Origin: Octopus bimaculoides
Lineage: Eukaryota
Direction: 5' to 3'
DNA: 64,000 nt
Assembly: GCF_001194135.2 (NCBI RefSeq)
Contig: NC_068987.1
Coordinates: forward strand, 49,403,290 to 49,467,289
The translations under genes were made by a program, and so were the position numbers. Of this stretch, positions 1 through 12,688 are shown one piece after another; position 1 is the first letter of the stretch; the number at the start of each line of letters is the position of its first letter. Below the pieces are notes generated by a model, which saw only the letters and a program-made list of their open reading frames with translations, was not told the origin of the DNA and ran no database searches.

Positions 1-1814
1 TTTATGAAATTTAGAAATTATATTCTATGCATAAGGGCCATAACCTCCATGAAAATTCATATATTTTTGCTGTTGATGAAATTTTAACCATAGATATTAG
101 ACACAAATGAAGTAATATTTCTAAAATTTCATCTCCTTAGAAGTTAGAAAGACCCCTTCATGGGAACTTAACACCCACAATTTAGTCATTTTATCTAAGC
201 AAAGACGAATACTGTTGTACTCTTGGAAGCTGTAGGGTCACCCGAGCATAAAAGATGAGCGTTATTTGTAATTCAATGGTACAACAGTGTAAGAGTTTGC
301 TTTGAGATATACTTAAATTGTGATTTCTGCTATGTGGTGCATAAATTGTCAAGTAAATGAGAGACATCTTTGCCTCTACTGATTCAGTTGCAAAGTGTTG
401 AGTAAAGTTATTTGGTTGCAGACCTCCTTTGAGTCTTTTTATTATCACTGGGTCACGTATAGTCCCCAGATGGTAACATTGATTTCAAGGCCTTCCCAGA
501 TGAGTGATTGGTTATTCAAAGACATTTATAGATTGTAAATTTATTCTGTCCAGTTACCTATCAGTATAGTGGTCATTTGCAAACTCCAGAGGTGACACTT
601 TCATTTCTCCTTAGCCCGCACATCACACAGTTGTTAATGTTTATTTGAGTTGGGTCATGCCCTTCCAATTGCTATAGATCCGTAATGCATCTTATGGCTG
701 TGCCTGTCACCTGTATGGTGAGGAATCCTACATTGGGAGTGGTAACGACTAGGTTAGGGTAGCAGACTGCTTATTGTGATCATTCATTTTTTGATTTCCT
801 GTAACTTTCCTCTCTTTTACAAACCCAGTGAACATACATATATTTCCTATTTCAAAGAAATTCAAACAATAGATATAAGACCCAAGATAAAAAGATTCTC
901 AACAATTCAACTTCTCTGGTTGACATTAAGACACCCACCCCCAATAGGGGCCTTAAATCTCACATTTTGGAGCTCCATGACTTCCATTTTGCAGGAGCTA
1001 AATCCTTTTAATAGGTTCCATAAGACTGGAATTTTGGAATCTGCACATAAAGATCAGTAATATGGGATACATGTGCCATGATCAGAATTTTTTTAGGGTG
1101 TGTAAAGAGGGAAAGAACCCTCATCTGCAATTTTGATGAAATACGAATCATAGATATTCCAGTTCATTAGAGAAAATANNNNNNNNNNTATATAGTATGT
1201 AACAGATCAGATACCAGCATACCAGATACCAACATCTGATTCTTATCTTAAACTTGCAGAAAATGTGTCCGTGAGTTTCTTAGTATTTCCGCTGCACTTG
1301 ACAGTATAACAAGTAGATATTCCTGTTATTATCAATAGTAGTTTTATCATTATTATTATCATGTATTTTTTTTTCTTCTCAAACAAGCAGCCACTTGGGA
1401 AGAAGGGAGAGAGACTATGGATAAATGTATGATATGAAAGAGCAGTTGTGGGTGTGATGGCTAGTGAATTGAGGGGAATTGGAGGGGGGGAAGGCACGTA
1501 CAATTGAAGATAAAACTACTCTGCAAATGTAACGAAATTAGATACCACAAATAAATAAATATTTTCTCAGTAAATCTCTCACTTATTGCTCAGCATACCA
1601 TGGTTCAAAGAAATGTGTGGCAGATTTCTTGTGAACGGTAGGGTAAGGTCTTTTACTTTTAGGGCTTTTTTTAGAAACAAGTTGTAAACAAGATATGAAG
1701 ATGAGAGAAGAAAATAAAGTATGTTTACTAGTATTTTCTGTATGAAACCATCAAAACCATCATCATCAACATCTCTTTTCTATGCTGACATAAACTGGAT
1801 AGTTTGACAGGATC

Positions 1815-2212
1815 TGACTTAAAGTGGAGGGAAGTTATAGAAGAGGAAGATCTAGGAAGACATGGGACAAAGTATTGAAGGCTAATCTCAAAATGCTGGA
1901 CCATATGAAGATGACCAAGATATGTGGCACATTGCTGTGTTTGAGAAGGCCTACCCACCACAACAGAATTGAGATCCTAAAACCAAGGTGCCACATAAAA
2001 GGCATTGGTGTGTGTACTAGTGCCACATAAAAAGCACCCAGTACACTTTGTAGAGTGGTTAGCATTAGGAAGGGCATCCAGCTGTAGAAACCAAGCCAAA
2101 ATAGACTATGGCACCTGGTGCAGCCCCTGACCGTACCAGGTCCTGTCAAGTCATCCAGCCCTGTCAGCATGGAAAACAGATGTTAAATGTTGATGATGAA
2201 TGATGATGATGA
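1815..2212 (+). mobile_element. RTE-clade LINE 3' end (ORF2 C-terminus plus 3' UTR)
   Basis: Translation GRSRKTWDKVLKANL matches the RTE C-terminal GRPRKTW motif. It is followed by the tail 'ttaggaagggcatccagctgtagaa...gcatggaaa' ending in (GAT)n, the same tail as the RTE at 63155-64000. Confidence 0.8.
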
Positions 2213-2329
2213 CAAGCTGCATTGAGCTTCAATGTCAGCTTTAGAATTGAATATGTTATGTTAAATGGATAAACAATGACATGACTAGAACTAAAGATGG
2301 TAGAATTAGTAGTTTTGCTATAAAAAAAT

Positions 2330-2577
2330 ATAGGTGGCACGTAAAATACACCATTTCGAGCGTGGCCGTTGCCAGTACCGCCTGACTGGCCTTCGTGCCA
2401 GTGGCATGTAAAAGCACCCACTACACTCTCGGAGTGGTTGGCGTTAGGAAGGGCATTCAGCTGTAGAAATTCTGCCAAATCAGATTGGAGCCTGGTGTAG
2501 CTACCTGGTCCACCAGTCCTCAGTCAAATCATCCAACCCATGCTAGCATGGAAAGCGGACATTAAACAATGATGATG
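2330..2577 (+). mobile_element. RTE 3' UTR-derived repeat
   Basis: Contains 'gtggttggcgttaggaagggcattcagctgtagaa...ccaacccatgctagcatggaaagcggacattaaacaatgatgatg', homologous to the RTE tail at 63155-63310. Confidence 0.8.
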
Positions 2578-2629
2578 TATGATATCTTTTTCTTCAAGTT
2601 GCAACAACTAAGATTTGTTTCACAATACT

Positions 2630-2950
2630 ACACCAGGAATCTTTGTCCCCCAAGATAAAAAAGGTTTTGCTGGTGACAAAGAAACTCTCCTTCCAAGTGA
2701 AGGACAGATTGCATTATGTTGCATGCGTACAAAGTGTGATGTTACATGGTAGTGAGACATGAGTAGTGAGATGCAGGTAAAAAATATGAAGCATGTACAA
2801 GGCTAGAAATGAGGCAAACTTGCTCTGATGCTCTCTTAGATGTGCAATGTTAATGTGCATGAATGATGAAAGCACAAATGGGCTGAGAGAAAAACTGGGT
2901 ACAACAGGAGGAGTTAGATGTAGTGTGCAAGGGAGAAGATTGAGCTGGAG
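2630..2950 (+). mobile_element. Degenerate RTE ORF2 fragment
   Basis: Frameshifted translation resembles RTE 'KGRLY.ACV.SVMLHGSETW...MCNVNVHE..STN.LREKLG...VRCSVQ.RRL.W', the same region as the ORF at 63761-63994. Confidence 0.7.
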
Positions 2951-3149
2951 TAGATATACAAAGTAAAGCTCTCACTGTGTGGCACCTTGGACAAAAATCT
3001 TCTACTACAACTCTGCGCTAACCAAAGCCTTGTGAGTGGATCTAATAGATGGAAAAAGAAAGAAGCTTGTCGTATAAGTATATATATTAAAATATGTATA
3101 TATAGGTGTGTTCATGCATGTATGTGTATTTGTGTCTCTTGACATCATG

Positions 3150-3350
3150 GGTGAGTTACAAATGAATGTCACCATCATACAATAGAATTGGTTCCCTTGT
3201 TTCCAGACTTTGGTAGAAACATGTCTGGCCATTACAGGTGAGGACTGGCAACAGGAAGGGCATTGGGCCATAGAAGATCTGCTTCAACAAATTCTGTATG
3301 ACCCATGCAAGCATGGAAAGCTGGAAATCAAAACAATAATGATGATGAAG
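3150..3350 (+). mobile_element. Variant RTE-tail repeat (related copies on minus at about 27710-27925 and 37995-38225)
   Basis: Shared 'aggaagggca...agaaaatctgcctcaacaaatt...acccatgcaagcatggaaa' core with a (GAT)n end. Confidence 0.65.
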
Positions 3351-3405
3351 ATATTGATCATAGTGGGACGTGATATGAGGAAAACATGGTTGTTATTTCT
3401 AGCAT

Positions 3406-3792
3406 GTGGAGGTGCAATGGCCCAGTGGTTAGGGCAGCGGACTTGTGGTCATAGGATCGCGGTTTTGATTCCCAGACCGGGCGTTGTGAGTGTTTATTGA
3501 GCGAAAACACCTAAAGCTCCACGAGGCTCCAGCAGGGGATGGTGGCGAACCCTGCTGTACTCTTCCACCACAACTTTCACTCACTCTTACTTCCTGTTTC
3601 TGTTGTACCTGTAATTCAAAGGGTCAGCCTTGTCACACTATGAGTCACGCTGAATTTCACCGAGAACTAAATTAAGGGTACACGTGTCTGTGGAGTGCTC
3701 AGCCAGTTGCATGTTAATTTCACGAGCAGGCTGTTCCGTTGATCGGATCAACTGGAACCCTCGACGTCGTAAGTGACGGAGTGCCAACAACA
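3406..3792 (+). mobile_element. tRNA-derived SINE (family D here)
   Basis: A-box 'tggcccagtgg' at 3418, degenerate B-box 'ggttttgattcc' at 3461, non-tRNA body, (CAA)n end. Confidence 0.8.
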
Positions 3793-5157
3793 TTTCTAGC
3801 AGATTGAGTGACCATGTAGAAGTGCCCTCATTATAAGTAAGTATCATAGGAAGGTCTCTGTTCCCTTGTCTATTTTATTATCATTTGGTTTTAAATTTTC
3901 AGATCATTCACTTCAAATTAAATTCAACAGTCAGTAGATTTGGTCATGATCAACAACGATGAGACATTTATGTACTGAAGTTTGCCTTACATTTTGTTAT
4001 TATTAAAACTGATGTGACTAATCTAGTTGTTTTGGTGGGTTATCTATAGAGGTAGTTGTGTTATGAAATAGTGGGGTGTGTATTATCAAGTTTTTATTTC
4101 AATTTAAATGCTATAACATGGTACAATAGCTCCCTATAGATGTATTAAGCAATAATATAAAAATACTGTTTTATAAACATTATAAGCTACATTATTTTAA
4201 GCAACTATATATATATCTATACACACACACACACACACTACTTTACAAACATTAAATATGCATATATTATATAATAATATGAAACATTATTTTATAAACT
4301 TTACATGTTGTGTTATATAATACAACAATTATATACTATTTTATAAACTATTATATATTAAATTAAATTATGCAACAATTTATATATATATNNNNNNNNN
4401 NNNNNNNNNNNNNNNNNNNNNNNNNNNNNNNNNNNNNNNNNNNNNNNNNNNNNNNNNNNNNNNNNNNNNNNNNNNNNNNNNNNNNNNNNNNNNNNNNNNN
4501 NNNNNNNNNNNNNNNNNNNNNNNNNNNNNNNNNNNNNNNNNNNNNNNNNNNNNNNNNNNNNNNNNNNNNNNNNNNNNNNNNNNNNNNNNNNNNNNNNNNN
4601 NNNNNNNNNNNNNNNNNNNNNNNNNNNNNNNNNNNNNNNNNNNNNNNNNNNNNNNNNNNNNNNNNNNNNNNNNNNNNNNNNNNNNNNNNNNNNNNNNNNN
4701 NNNNNNNNNNNNNNNNNNNNNNNNNNNNNNNNNNNNNNNNNNNNNNNNNNNNNNNNNNNNNNNNNNNNNNNNNNNNNNNNNNNNNNNNNNNNNNNNNNNN
4801 NNNNNNNNNNNNNNNNNNNNNNNNNNNNNNNNNNNNNNNNNNNNNNNNNNNNNNNNNNNNNNNNNNNNNNNNNNNNNNNNNNNNNNNNNNNNNNNNNNNN
4901 NNNNNNNNNNNNNNNNNNNNNNNNNNNNNNNNNNNNNNNNNNNNNNNNNNNNNNNNNNNNNNNNNNNNNNNNNNNNNNNNNNNNNNNNNNNNNNNNNNNN
5001 NNNNNNNNNNNNNNNNNNNNNNNNNNNNNNNNNNNNNNNNNNNNNNNNNNNNNNNNNNNNNNNNNNNNNNNNNNNNNNNNNNNNNNNNNNNNNNNNNNNN
5101 NNNNNNNNNNNNNNNNNNNNNNNNNNNNNNNNNNNNNNNNNNNNNNNNNNNNNNNNN

Positions 5158-6040
5158 AATTTTGCAATATTATTTTATTCACATAGTTTTACATGTTTAC
5201 ACTTTTATCGCCTTCAAAGTATTCTCCATTTGAAGCAATGCATCAGTCCAGATGCATTTTCCACTGTTCAAAGCAGTGCTGAAACTCTTGCAAAGTGATG
5301 CCTTTTAATGCCTCCATCATTTTTTTTCCCACCTCTTCCACATCTGCAAATTCTGTAGCATCAGCTTTCGTCACCAGAGATGACCTTCGAAAAAAGGGGC
5401 TGGATCAACTTCCAGCTGTTCTTTCAGTTTACAACACACATTCAGCCGTGACTGCTGTTGAGCTTCTGTGAGCAAATGAGGCACAAATTTTGCTGTAACA
5501 CTTTTTTCATTTTCAGTTCTTCACTCAAAATTCGTTGACATGGGCTCCAGGACACACAAGTCATATAAACAAGCTGGTCAATTGTTTGGTGACGGTCCTC
5601 CAAAATCAATTCATGAATTTTCATAATGTTTTCATTCATTCAGGAGGTCGGTGGTCACCCTGAACAAGGTTGGTCCTAAAGCAACAAGTGACCATTCCTA
5701 AAGCTTGAAAATCACTTGTAAACTTGTGTTTTTCTCATGGCAGTGGCCTTGTAAGCTGTTTGAAGCATGACAACTGTTTCAGCCACCGTTTTCCCCAGTA
5801 GAAAACAGAATTTAATAGAACTGTGCTGTTCTTTCATTTCAGCCATTACAAAAATCGACAAACAGGGAAGAAGCACTGCAAAACAAAGACGCACCATGTG
5901 GCAGCACAACCCCACTGGACAATGCCGGTCAGCAGACTGATGCCTGAGGGTCACATCAAGTGGCTTCTAGCGAGAGCCTAAACTGCAATGGACTTGTCCC
6001 ACAGAGAATGTTTCCAGTTACTTTTGGGTACCCCCTCATA
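5158..6040 (-). mobile_element. Internally deleted mariner transposon
   Basis: N-terminus MAEMKEQHSSIKFCFLLGKT. The first catalytic motif ISGDES jumps almost directly to C-terminal FADVEEV, so the D34D part is deleted. The TIR reads 'TAtgagggggtacccaaaagt' with TA at 6039-6040. The other end runs into a gap. Confidence 0.85.
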
Positions 6041-6104
6041 TGTGTGTGTGTGTACTATTTTATAAACATATAATGCATTATATTATGCAACAATCATCAT
6101 CATT

Positions 6105-6245
6105 TAACGTTCATTTTCCATGCTGGCATGGGTTAGACAGTTTGACTGGAGCTGGTAAGCCAGAGAGCTGGTAAGCCAGAGAGCTGCACCAGGCTCCAGT
6201 CATCTGTTTTGGCTTGGTTTCTACAGCTGGATGTGTTTGCTAATG
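6105..6245 (-). mobile_element. RTE 3' tail repeat
   Basis: Plus strand reads (CAT)n then 'ttaacgttcattttccatgctggcatggg...ctacagctggatg'. Confidence 0.75.
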
Positions 6246-6842
6246 CTAAAACCTTAAATATATTACATATAATACAATATATACACAATATATATATATA
6301 TATATATTATAAACACTTTAAGAAGTTGTAATAATTACAAAATTTTAAACTAACTTTAGCACACAAATAGCATATCTCAACATGAGATTACCAACTGGGT
6401 GTTAATATACACAATGTAGCGATCCAAGAAGTTTTAATTAAATAAAATTACACCTATACTGGGAAGAAGCCATCATTACATGAATGACTAAGTCTGTGTG
6501 TATGTATGCATGTGTGCATACGTGCATATATGTACTTGTGCGCATGTGTGTGTGTATGTATGTATATACATACTATATCTGTATGTGTGTGTGTGTGTGT
6601 TTGCTTGCAGTATGCATGTACAAATGTGCCACATGCCCTCAAGTCCTGAAAGAGTCGTAGGACATCCTCATGATACACAGTATGTCATGGGCATATTTCA
6701 ACCTGGCAGGACCCATCTCTCATCAGATCAAGTCTGACAACAGTCAATTTCTTCCTGAACAGAGAAAGACAGACAGGCTAACAGAAAGAACTGAAGATAT
6801 AAAGACATGAATCAAGCAATTAATGCAATATTTATCAACAGC

Positions 6843-7200
6843 AAGGCAGTGAGCAGGCACAACTTTTAGCACATCAGGCAAAATGCTTGGTGCGTGGCAG
6901 TATTTAGTCCATCATTATGTTCTGAGTTCAAATTTCACTGAGGCTGACTTTGCCTTTCTTCCTTTCAGAGTCAATGAAATAAGTATCAGTTGAGTACTGG
7001 GGTTAATATAACCAACTTAACCCCACTCCCAAAATTGCTGGCCTTGTGGCGAAATTTGAAATTGATATTTATCAACCTCTGAAAGGTTGAAAGGCAAAGC
7101 TGATCTTAATGAAATTTAAACTCAAAACCATAATAGCCAGAGCAATTACTACAAAGCAGCTTATCAGATGCTCTAATAATTGTAGTCAATTGGCTGCCTT
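6843..7200. mobile_element. Two convergent copies of SINE family B (+ 6843-7062, - 7064-7200)
   Basis: Family B hallmark 'ttctgagttcaaatt...gactttgcctttcatcctttc..ggtcaataaaataagtacc' present in both orientations. Confidence 0.75.
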
Positions 7201-8396
7201 CAATGTGATTTCTTTTCTCTTTCTAATTTAGAATTAATTTTGACTGGCCACCGGCATGGAATGCATCTTGTTTTGTGAATCATGCTTTAACTCTTAGGAA
7301 GGTCTTGCAGATTTTTATTAGATATTGTGATTGTTTTCTGTGTATGAATTAAGGAGTTGCATTCCTCCTCAAGAACCCAAGCTTAGAAAGACTTTACTTC
7401 AAGTGGGTTGGTACATATCCAATAATAACAGATATGAAACTGAAAGTTTTATCAATGGTCCATAGATGTCCTCTTTCTCCTGTATTTTTCTGATTACATT
7501 GATATCCAGAGGGCAGCTGATTTCTTGTGTGTATAAGTGCATGGATGTGTGTATGAGCATGGATGTATGTATGTGCATGGACGTATCTACGTGCACATAT
7601 GATTGTGTATATGTATGTATGCATGTATATGTGTGTATGCATATAGGTAGATGAATATATGTGTATTCCATATCCCAGCTGAATTATAGATAAGCCATGA
7701 CGTGGTGAAAATTGTGCTGAAGATAGGATTAGAAATGTAACCAGCTGGAGCTGTTTACATAACACATAACACCTTGCTTATCACAACTAACTAAACATAG
7801 AATTTACAAAAATACACATTAACACACGCGCACACACACACATTATCTGTGTGCTCATACATGCATTGTGTGTGTGTGTGTAAATATGTATGTGTATGTT
7901 TGTGTATACACACACACACACACATATACATGCGTGTGTGAGTGAGAGTGTATTGTATATATGTGTTTGTACATTTCTGTGTATTTACATGTGTTTGTAG
8001 ATTGTTGTATGTCATGTTTCTATAATTTAGAGTGAGTATACACATGTGTGTACATAAGTACTTGTGATTATAAAATTTCAATTATCATAATTATGATGAT
8101 GATGATGATGATAGCAATGATAACAACTTGTCATCATCAACATCATTGCTACCATCTCAACTACCCACTACCACCACCATCTTTAGGGTTGTCATGTTCA
8201 AAATCATAATCATCGCCATTCCCATCATTAACATTGTTGGTAGAAAGAGGTTGGAACAACATGAATGGTGCATAATATGAATGTCAGTGTTACAATTCTG
8301 ATTTCAGATTCATCAGGTACCTCCTTTGGCTTTAACAGGTTGTAGATCATTAAACTATAGTGTTAGTGTTCTATTAATATTAACATATTGCTCAAA

Positions 8397-8731
8397 TGAA
8401 GGTACATGGCTCAGTGGTTAGAGTGTCAGACTCACAATCATGAGGTAGTGAGTTTGATTCCTGGACCACGCTGTGTGTTGTATTCTTGAGCAAGACACTT
8501 AATTTATGTTGCTCCAGTTCACTCAGCTGTACAAATAAGTTGTGACATCAGTGGTGTCAAGCTGTATCGGCCTTTGCCATTTCCTTGGATAACATTGGTG
8601 GCATGGAGATGTGAGACTGGTATGCATAAGCAACTTCTTGTCTTCCATAAACCACGTTGCCCAGACTTGTGCCTCAGAGGATAACTCCCTAGGTGCAATC
8701 CCATGGTCATTCATGACTGAAGGGGGTCTTT
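8397..8731 (+). mobile_element. tRNA-derived SINE with CORE-like domain (family E here)
   Basis: A-box 'tggctcagtgg', B-box-like 'gagtttgattcc', CORE-like 'cttgagcaagacactt...ttgctccagttcactcagctgt'. Tail shared with 9391 and 43716. Confidence 0.85.
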
Positions 8732-8859
8732 AGACTTACTCATTATCCTTATTGATGGAATGCTTCGAGCATGAAAAAAATGCTAATCGGAAATATTTAT
8801 GAAATGAGAGGAAAACAATATTTTCTTTCCTTCTTGTCTTTCCTTGTCTTAGAATATAG

Positions 8860-9110
8860 CAATTCACTGGAGATGTATTCTTCTTCAAGGATCTTTCACT
8901 TTGTTATATCCATTACTGTTCTGGTCCATACTATTCTTGAACTTCCTCTTACCACCTTCATGTGTTCTTTAATGTTGTCCTGCCAGCTTCTTTTCTGCCT
9001 GTGCCTCCTTCTAAATCTCTTTTGTGGAATACATTCCATTTTTCTTGTTGTCCATTAATTGTCCCCTGTTCTGGTTAAGTGACCTGCTTACCTCTGCTTT
9101 GTTTCTTTCA
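8860..9110 (-). mobile_element. Degenerate RTE-like LINE C-terminal remnant
   Basis: Minus-strand translation RHRQKRSWQDNIKEH resembles the RTE C-terminal RGRxRxxWxDNIKE motif. Confidence 0.5.
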
Positions 9111-9390
9111 CTATATATATATATATATATATNNNNNNNNNNNNNNNNNNNNNNNNNNNNNNNNNNNNNNNNNNNNNNNNNNNNNNNNNNNNNNNNNNNN
9201 NNNNNNNNNNNNNNNNNNNNNNNNNNNNNNNNNNNNNNNNNNNNNNNNNNNNNNNNNNNNNTATATATATATATATATATATATGCATGTACATACATAT
9301 ATATGCATTAAAGAACACATGAAGGTGGTAAGAGGAAGTACAAGAATAGTATGGACCATACCATGTGGTATATATGTGTGTGTGTGTGTG

Positions 9391-9724
9391 TGAAGGCGCA
9401 TGGCTCAGTGGTTAGAGTATCGAGCTTACGATCGCGAGGTTGTGAGTTCAAATCCCAGACGGGGCTGCATCTTGTGTTCTTGAGCAAGACACTTTATTTC
9501 ACGTTGCTCCTGTTCACTCAGGTGTAGAAATGAGTTGCAGCATCACAGGTGCCAAGCTGTATCGGCCTTTGCCTTTCCCTTGGATAACACCGGTGGCATG
9601 GAGAGGGGAGGCCGGTATGCATGGGCGACTGGTGGTCTTCTATAAACAACCTTGCCTGGACTTGTGCCTCAGAGGGTAACTTTCTAGGTGCAATCCCATG
9701 GTCAGTCATGACCTAAGGGGGTTT
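9391..9724 (+). mobile_element. SINE family E copy
   Basis: Head 'tgaaggcgcatggctcagtggttagag...gagttcaaatccc' with the same body and tail as 8397. Confidence 0.85.
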
Positions 9725-9903
9725 CAGCATATATATATATATATATATACAGAGAGAGAGAGAGAGAGAGACACACACACACACACACATATTGCTATCA
9801 CATGAAATCAATGATTTAGTGTGACTAAGTGAATCTGAATGGACTGATATATAGAATATGTAGAGATAAGAGTCAGTCTTGTGAGAAAAACAAAAAATTT
9901 CTT

Positions 9904-10128
9904 TTAACACTATCCGTAGTACAGATGCATATAAGCATTTCTTATCTATAGCTGTGAAATCCCAGTGGCAGATATATTCAGCACTCATAGACGGTTCTAA
10001 AATCCCAGAGATGCTTATATACATCCTACTTGCTATATTGTGAAATCCCAGAGATGCTTGTATGTGCCTTTTAACTATCCATATGGGATTTCATAGCTAT
10101 AAATAAGAGACATTTATATGCATGTTAA
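9904..10128. mobile_element. TTAA-bounded MITE-like element with subterminal inverted repeats
   Basis: TTAA at 9904 and 10125. About 40-bp inverted repeat 'atgcatataagcatttcttatctatagctgtgaaatccca' / 'tgggatttcatagctataaataagagacatttatatgcat'. Internal repeats of 'aaatcccag'. Confidence 0.6.
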
Positions 10129-10140
10129 AGAAAAAGAAAT

Positions 10141-10290
10141 AATCCTTTCTACTATAGGCACAAGTCCTGAAATTTGGAGGAAGGAGCTATGTCAATTACA
10201 TCAACCCTAGTGCTCTACTGAAAGGATGAGAAACAAATTCAGCCTTGGCAGAATTTGAACTCAGAATGTGACAACAGACAAAATGCTGTT
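10141..10290 (-). mobile_element. SINE family B copy
   Basis: Reverse complement of the family B body and tail ('aatcctttctactataggcacaag...cagaatttgaactcagaa'). Confidence 0.7.
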
Positions 10291-10722
10291 ATATGATTCT
10301 ACCCAGCTCATAGTCATAAAAATAAAAAGAAATAATTAAAAAATGGATTAGTTTAATTTGTCAGGCATGAATTTATGTTTGCGAAACTGGGGGCTCATTG
10401 GTGCATAAAAAAGATATCATTCATTCTGAGGGGTCTGGTAGGTTGTTAACAAGGGAAGAATTTTGTTGGGGGTAGTAACAATGGCAATGTTTGAGAACAG
10501 GAATTTGATATTTCTGAGCAAATAAATCAATTTAAGAGGAGAGGAAACTGTGGAGTTGGAATTGTGTTGTGAGGTGGTGGAAATCAAGTGCTTGTTAGCT
10601 GGAGGAGGTGAAGAAGGGTAAGAATGAAAAGCCAGCTACAGAAGAATGGTAGTTAACAGAGGAAAGACAGGGAGAGACAAGAAAATATGTATAAGGGAAA
10701 GGGAATAGACATAGGCCAACAA

Positions 10723-10791
<69 letters not shown>

Positions 10792-10805
10792 TGTATGTAT
10801 GTATG

Positions 10806-12688
10806 CTAGCAGAAATACCCGGCGTTGCCATGGTTAAAGAGAATAATGAAATTTAAAAACATTGTCTAGGTTACGCAGGTCTCAACTGCTAGAAGCTGAG
10901 ATACCAACTTTCTACATTAATAACTCTCCAAAACATGCCAGCATGAAATGTTAAAAGAAAGTGTTCAACTCATATATGTATATAAAGTAAATACACATAA
11001 TTCAAAAACACATTTTGTCTAGCTTATTTCATAACCAAAAAACAGGTACAGATTATAAACCATAAAAGGCCAATTTTGGTGATTCATTTGACAAAGGTAG
11101 TGGAGAGCCAATCCAATGATAAATCTGACCTTGGATCTTGAAAGTTTGCATGAATGTGGCTCCAAATGATGTCATCTGTAGTGCAGCATTGTATTGTCTA
11201 AATTTGTTTTGGAAGTGCTTGGAATCTTGGTTAGTTGATAACAGTCACTTCAATGGCTCTGGAGATTGGGGGATTGCAGGGAGTTTAACCTTTCCACCAT
11301 TGCAGCACAGTGCAGGTGTCTCTCCAGGTCACTTCCTTGCTTTACTATGTATGCACTCTCTTGTCATTGCACCAATGGAAACTCTAGTGTCATCTGCATA
11401 ATGAACTGCTGGATCATAATCAAAAGCTGCTTTATAGAAGTTGCTTCTCTGAACTGTTGCAAGTGCTCTTTGTTCTCCAGTGGAGATCCTATTCCTTGTC
11501 AATCATGCATACCGCTGTTCATCAATTTTGAGATGCTCTGGCTTTTGTAGTGCACAGTCTATTTGTTTCTTGATGTACTTCCCTTTCTGCAGCTGTCTCT
11601 CTTTCCCTGGACAGAGACATACTTTGGCTTACCTTGACATTGTAGACAAATTTGACACTTTCCTTCTAAGCATGGTTATATATGTATACAGAAATATACA
11701 GGTGCAGAAGATAGCAAACAATGAAAATAACTGGATAACGGAAATTATATTTCTCAATACAGTGGACAGAAAGTAAATAAGAAATTTTTACAGAAAATGA
11801 AGAATTGCATGGGTTGAAGCGAAATTTGTCACTTAGTGAACCAAAGAGCCAGTATCAAAGGAACCAGAAAAAAGCTGTTAACAGAAAAACACAAAACCAT
11901 TGCAAAAGTAAATAAGAAATTTTTAGGGCAATAAACTAAGTGTACAGATTTAAGTGAAATTTTTGTAGTTACTTCTGTCAGTAAACTATCTATGAAATTA
12001 CTTTCATCAGTAATTGTGAACTTCTTTCTGTCAGTAATTTGTCGTTGTTGTTTGTAAATAGTGATTGAAAACTTACAGTGAAAACAATAGTGATTGAACT
12101 TAAAGTGAAAACAATAACATCTGAAAAATGAAAGTGAAAACAACAGAGAGTGAGTGAAATATACAGAGAAGGGGAGAGAAAGAGAGCTAGCTAGTTAGAC
12201 AAATAAGATATAGACAGATAGATACAGAGTGATAGATAGTTATAGAAATAGAGATAGATAGAGAGATATAGAGAGATAGAGAGATATAGAGAGATAGAGA
12301 TAAATAGAGATAGATAGAGAGAAATGGATAGAGAGATAGGGATAGAGAGATATAGATGTCACTGACACTAGAAAACTAGAAGTAAATATTTTTACAAACT
12401 TTCAAAGACGTGAATCTAATATAAAATGCAATATTTTTTTTATGACCACTGGATGTAAAGGAGACAATCAATTTCTGAAAGTTACTTCGCAGAGAGTTAC
12501 CTCCCTTCTCCATGTAACCAGGAATGGGTTTTTCCTACTCCCAGGAGGCTCGTTACTCATTATGTGAAAAATTTTAAGATTCTAAAGCCACCTCTGGAAC
12601 ATAAGTTTGGAGAAAATCAGTTGAAAAATACGGCTGTTATAATCTTTTACACACACAGTCAGAATGGGATTTATATTATATATATAAA
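10806..12688 (-). mobile_element. Internally deleted Helitron with both termini recognisable
   Basis: The 3' end on minus reads 'ccatggcaacgccggg-tatttctg-CTAG' (hairpin plus CTAG at 10809-10806). The 5'-like end 'tttatatatataatataaatcc' lies at about 12688. A Rep N-terminal remnant sits inside. Confidence 0.8.
11070..11673 (-). pseudogene. Helitron Rep/helicase N-terminal remnant
   Basis: With stops and frameshifts: MLRRKVSNLS...AAFDYDPAVHY...SIGAMTRECIHSKARK*PGETPALCCNGGKVKLP...FRQYNAALQMTSFGA..FKIQGQIYHWIGS, the typical Helitron Zn-finger/Helitron_like_N region. Confidence 0.85.

Noticed and set aside
191-1060. ORFs at 191-448 and 776-1060, with a faint LINE-like phrase (PNNFTQHF)
   Set aside because: No diagnostic motif was recovered in any frame, so the region is left unassigned.
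3406-3480. tRNA-like heads here and at 8397, 9391, 16348, 44081, 48184 and 51364
   Set aside because: They have A/B boxes but no complete cloverleaf, and they continue into SINE bodies. They are not tRNA genes.
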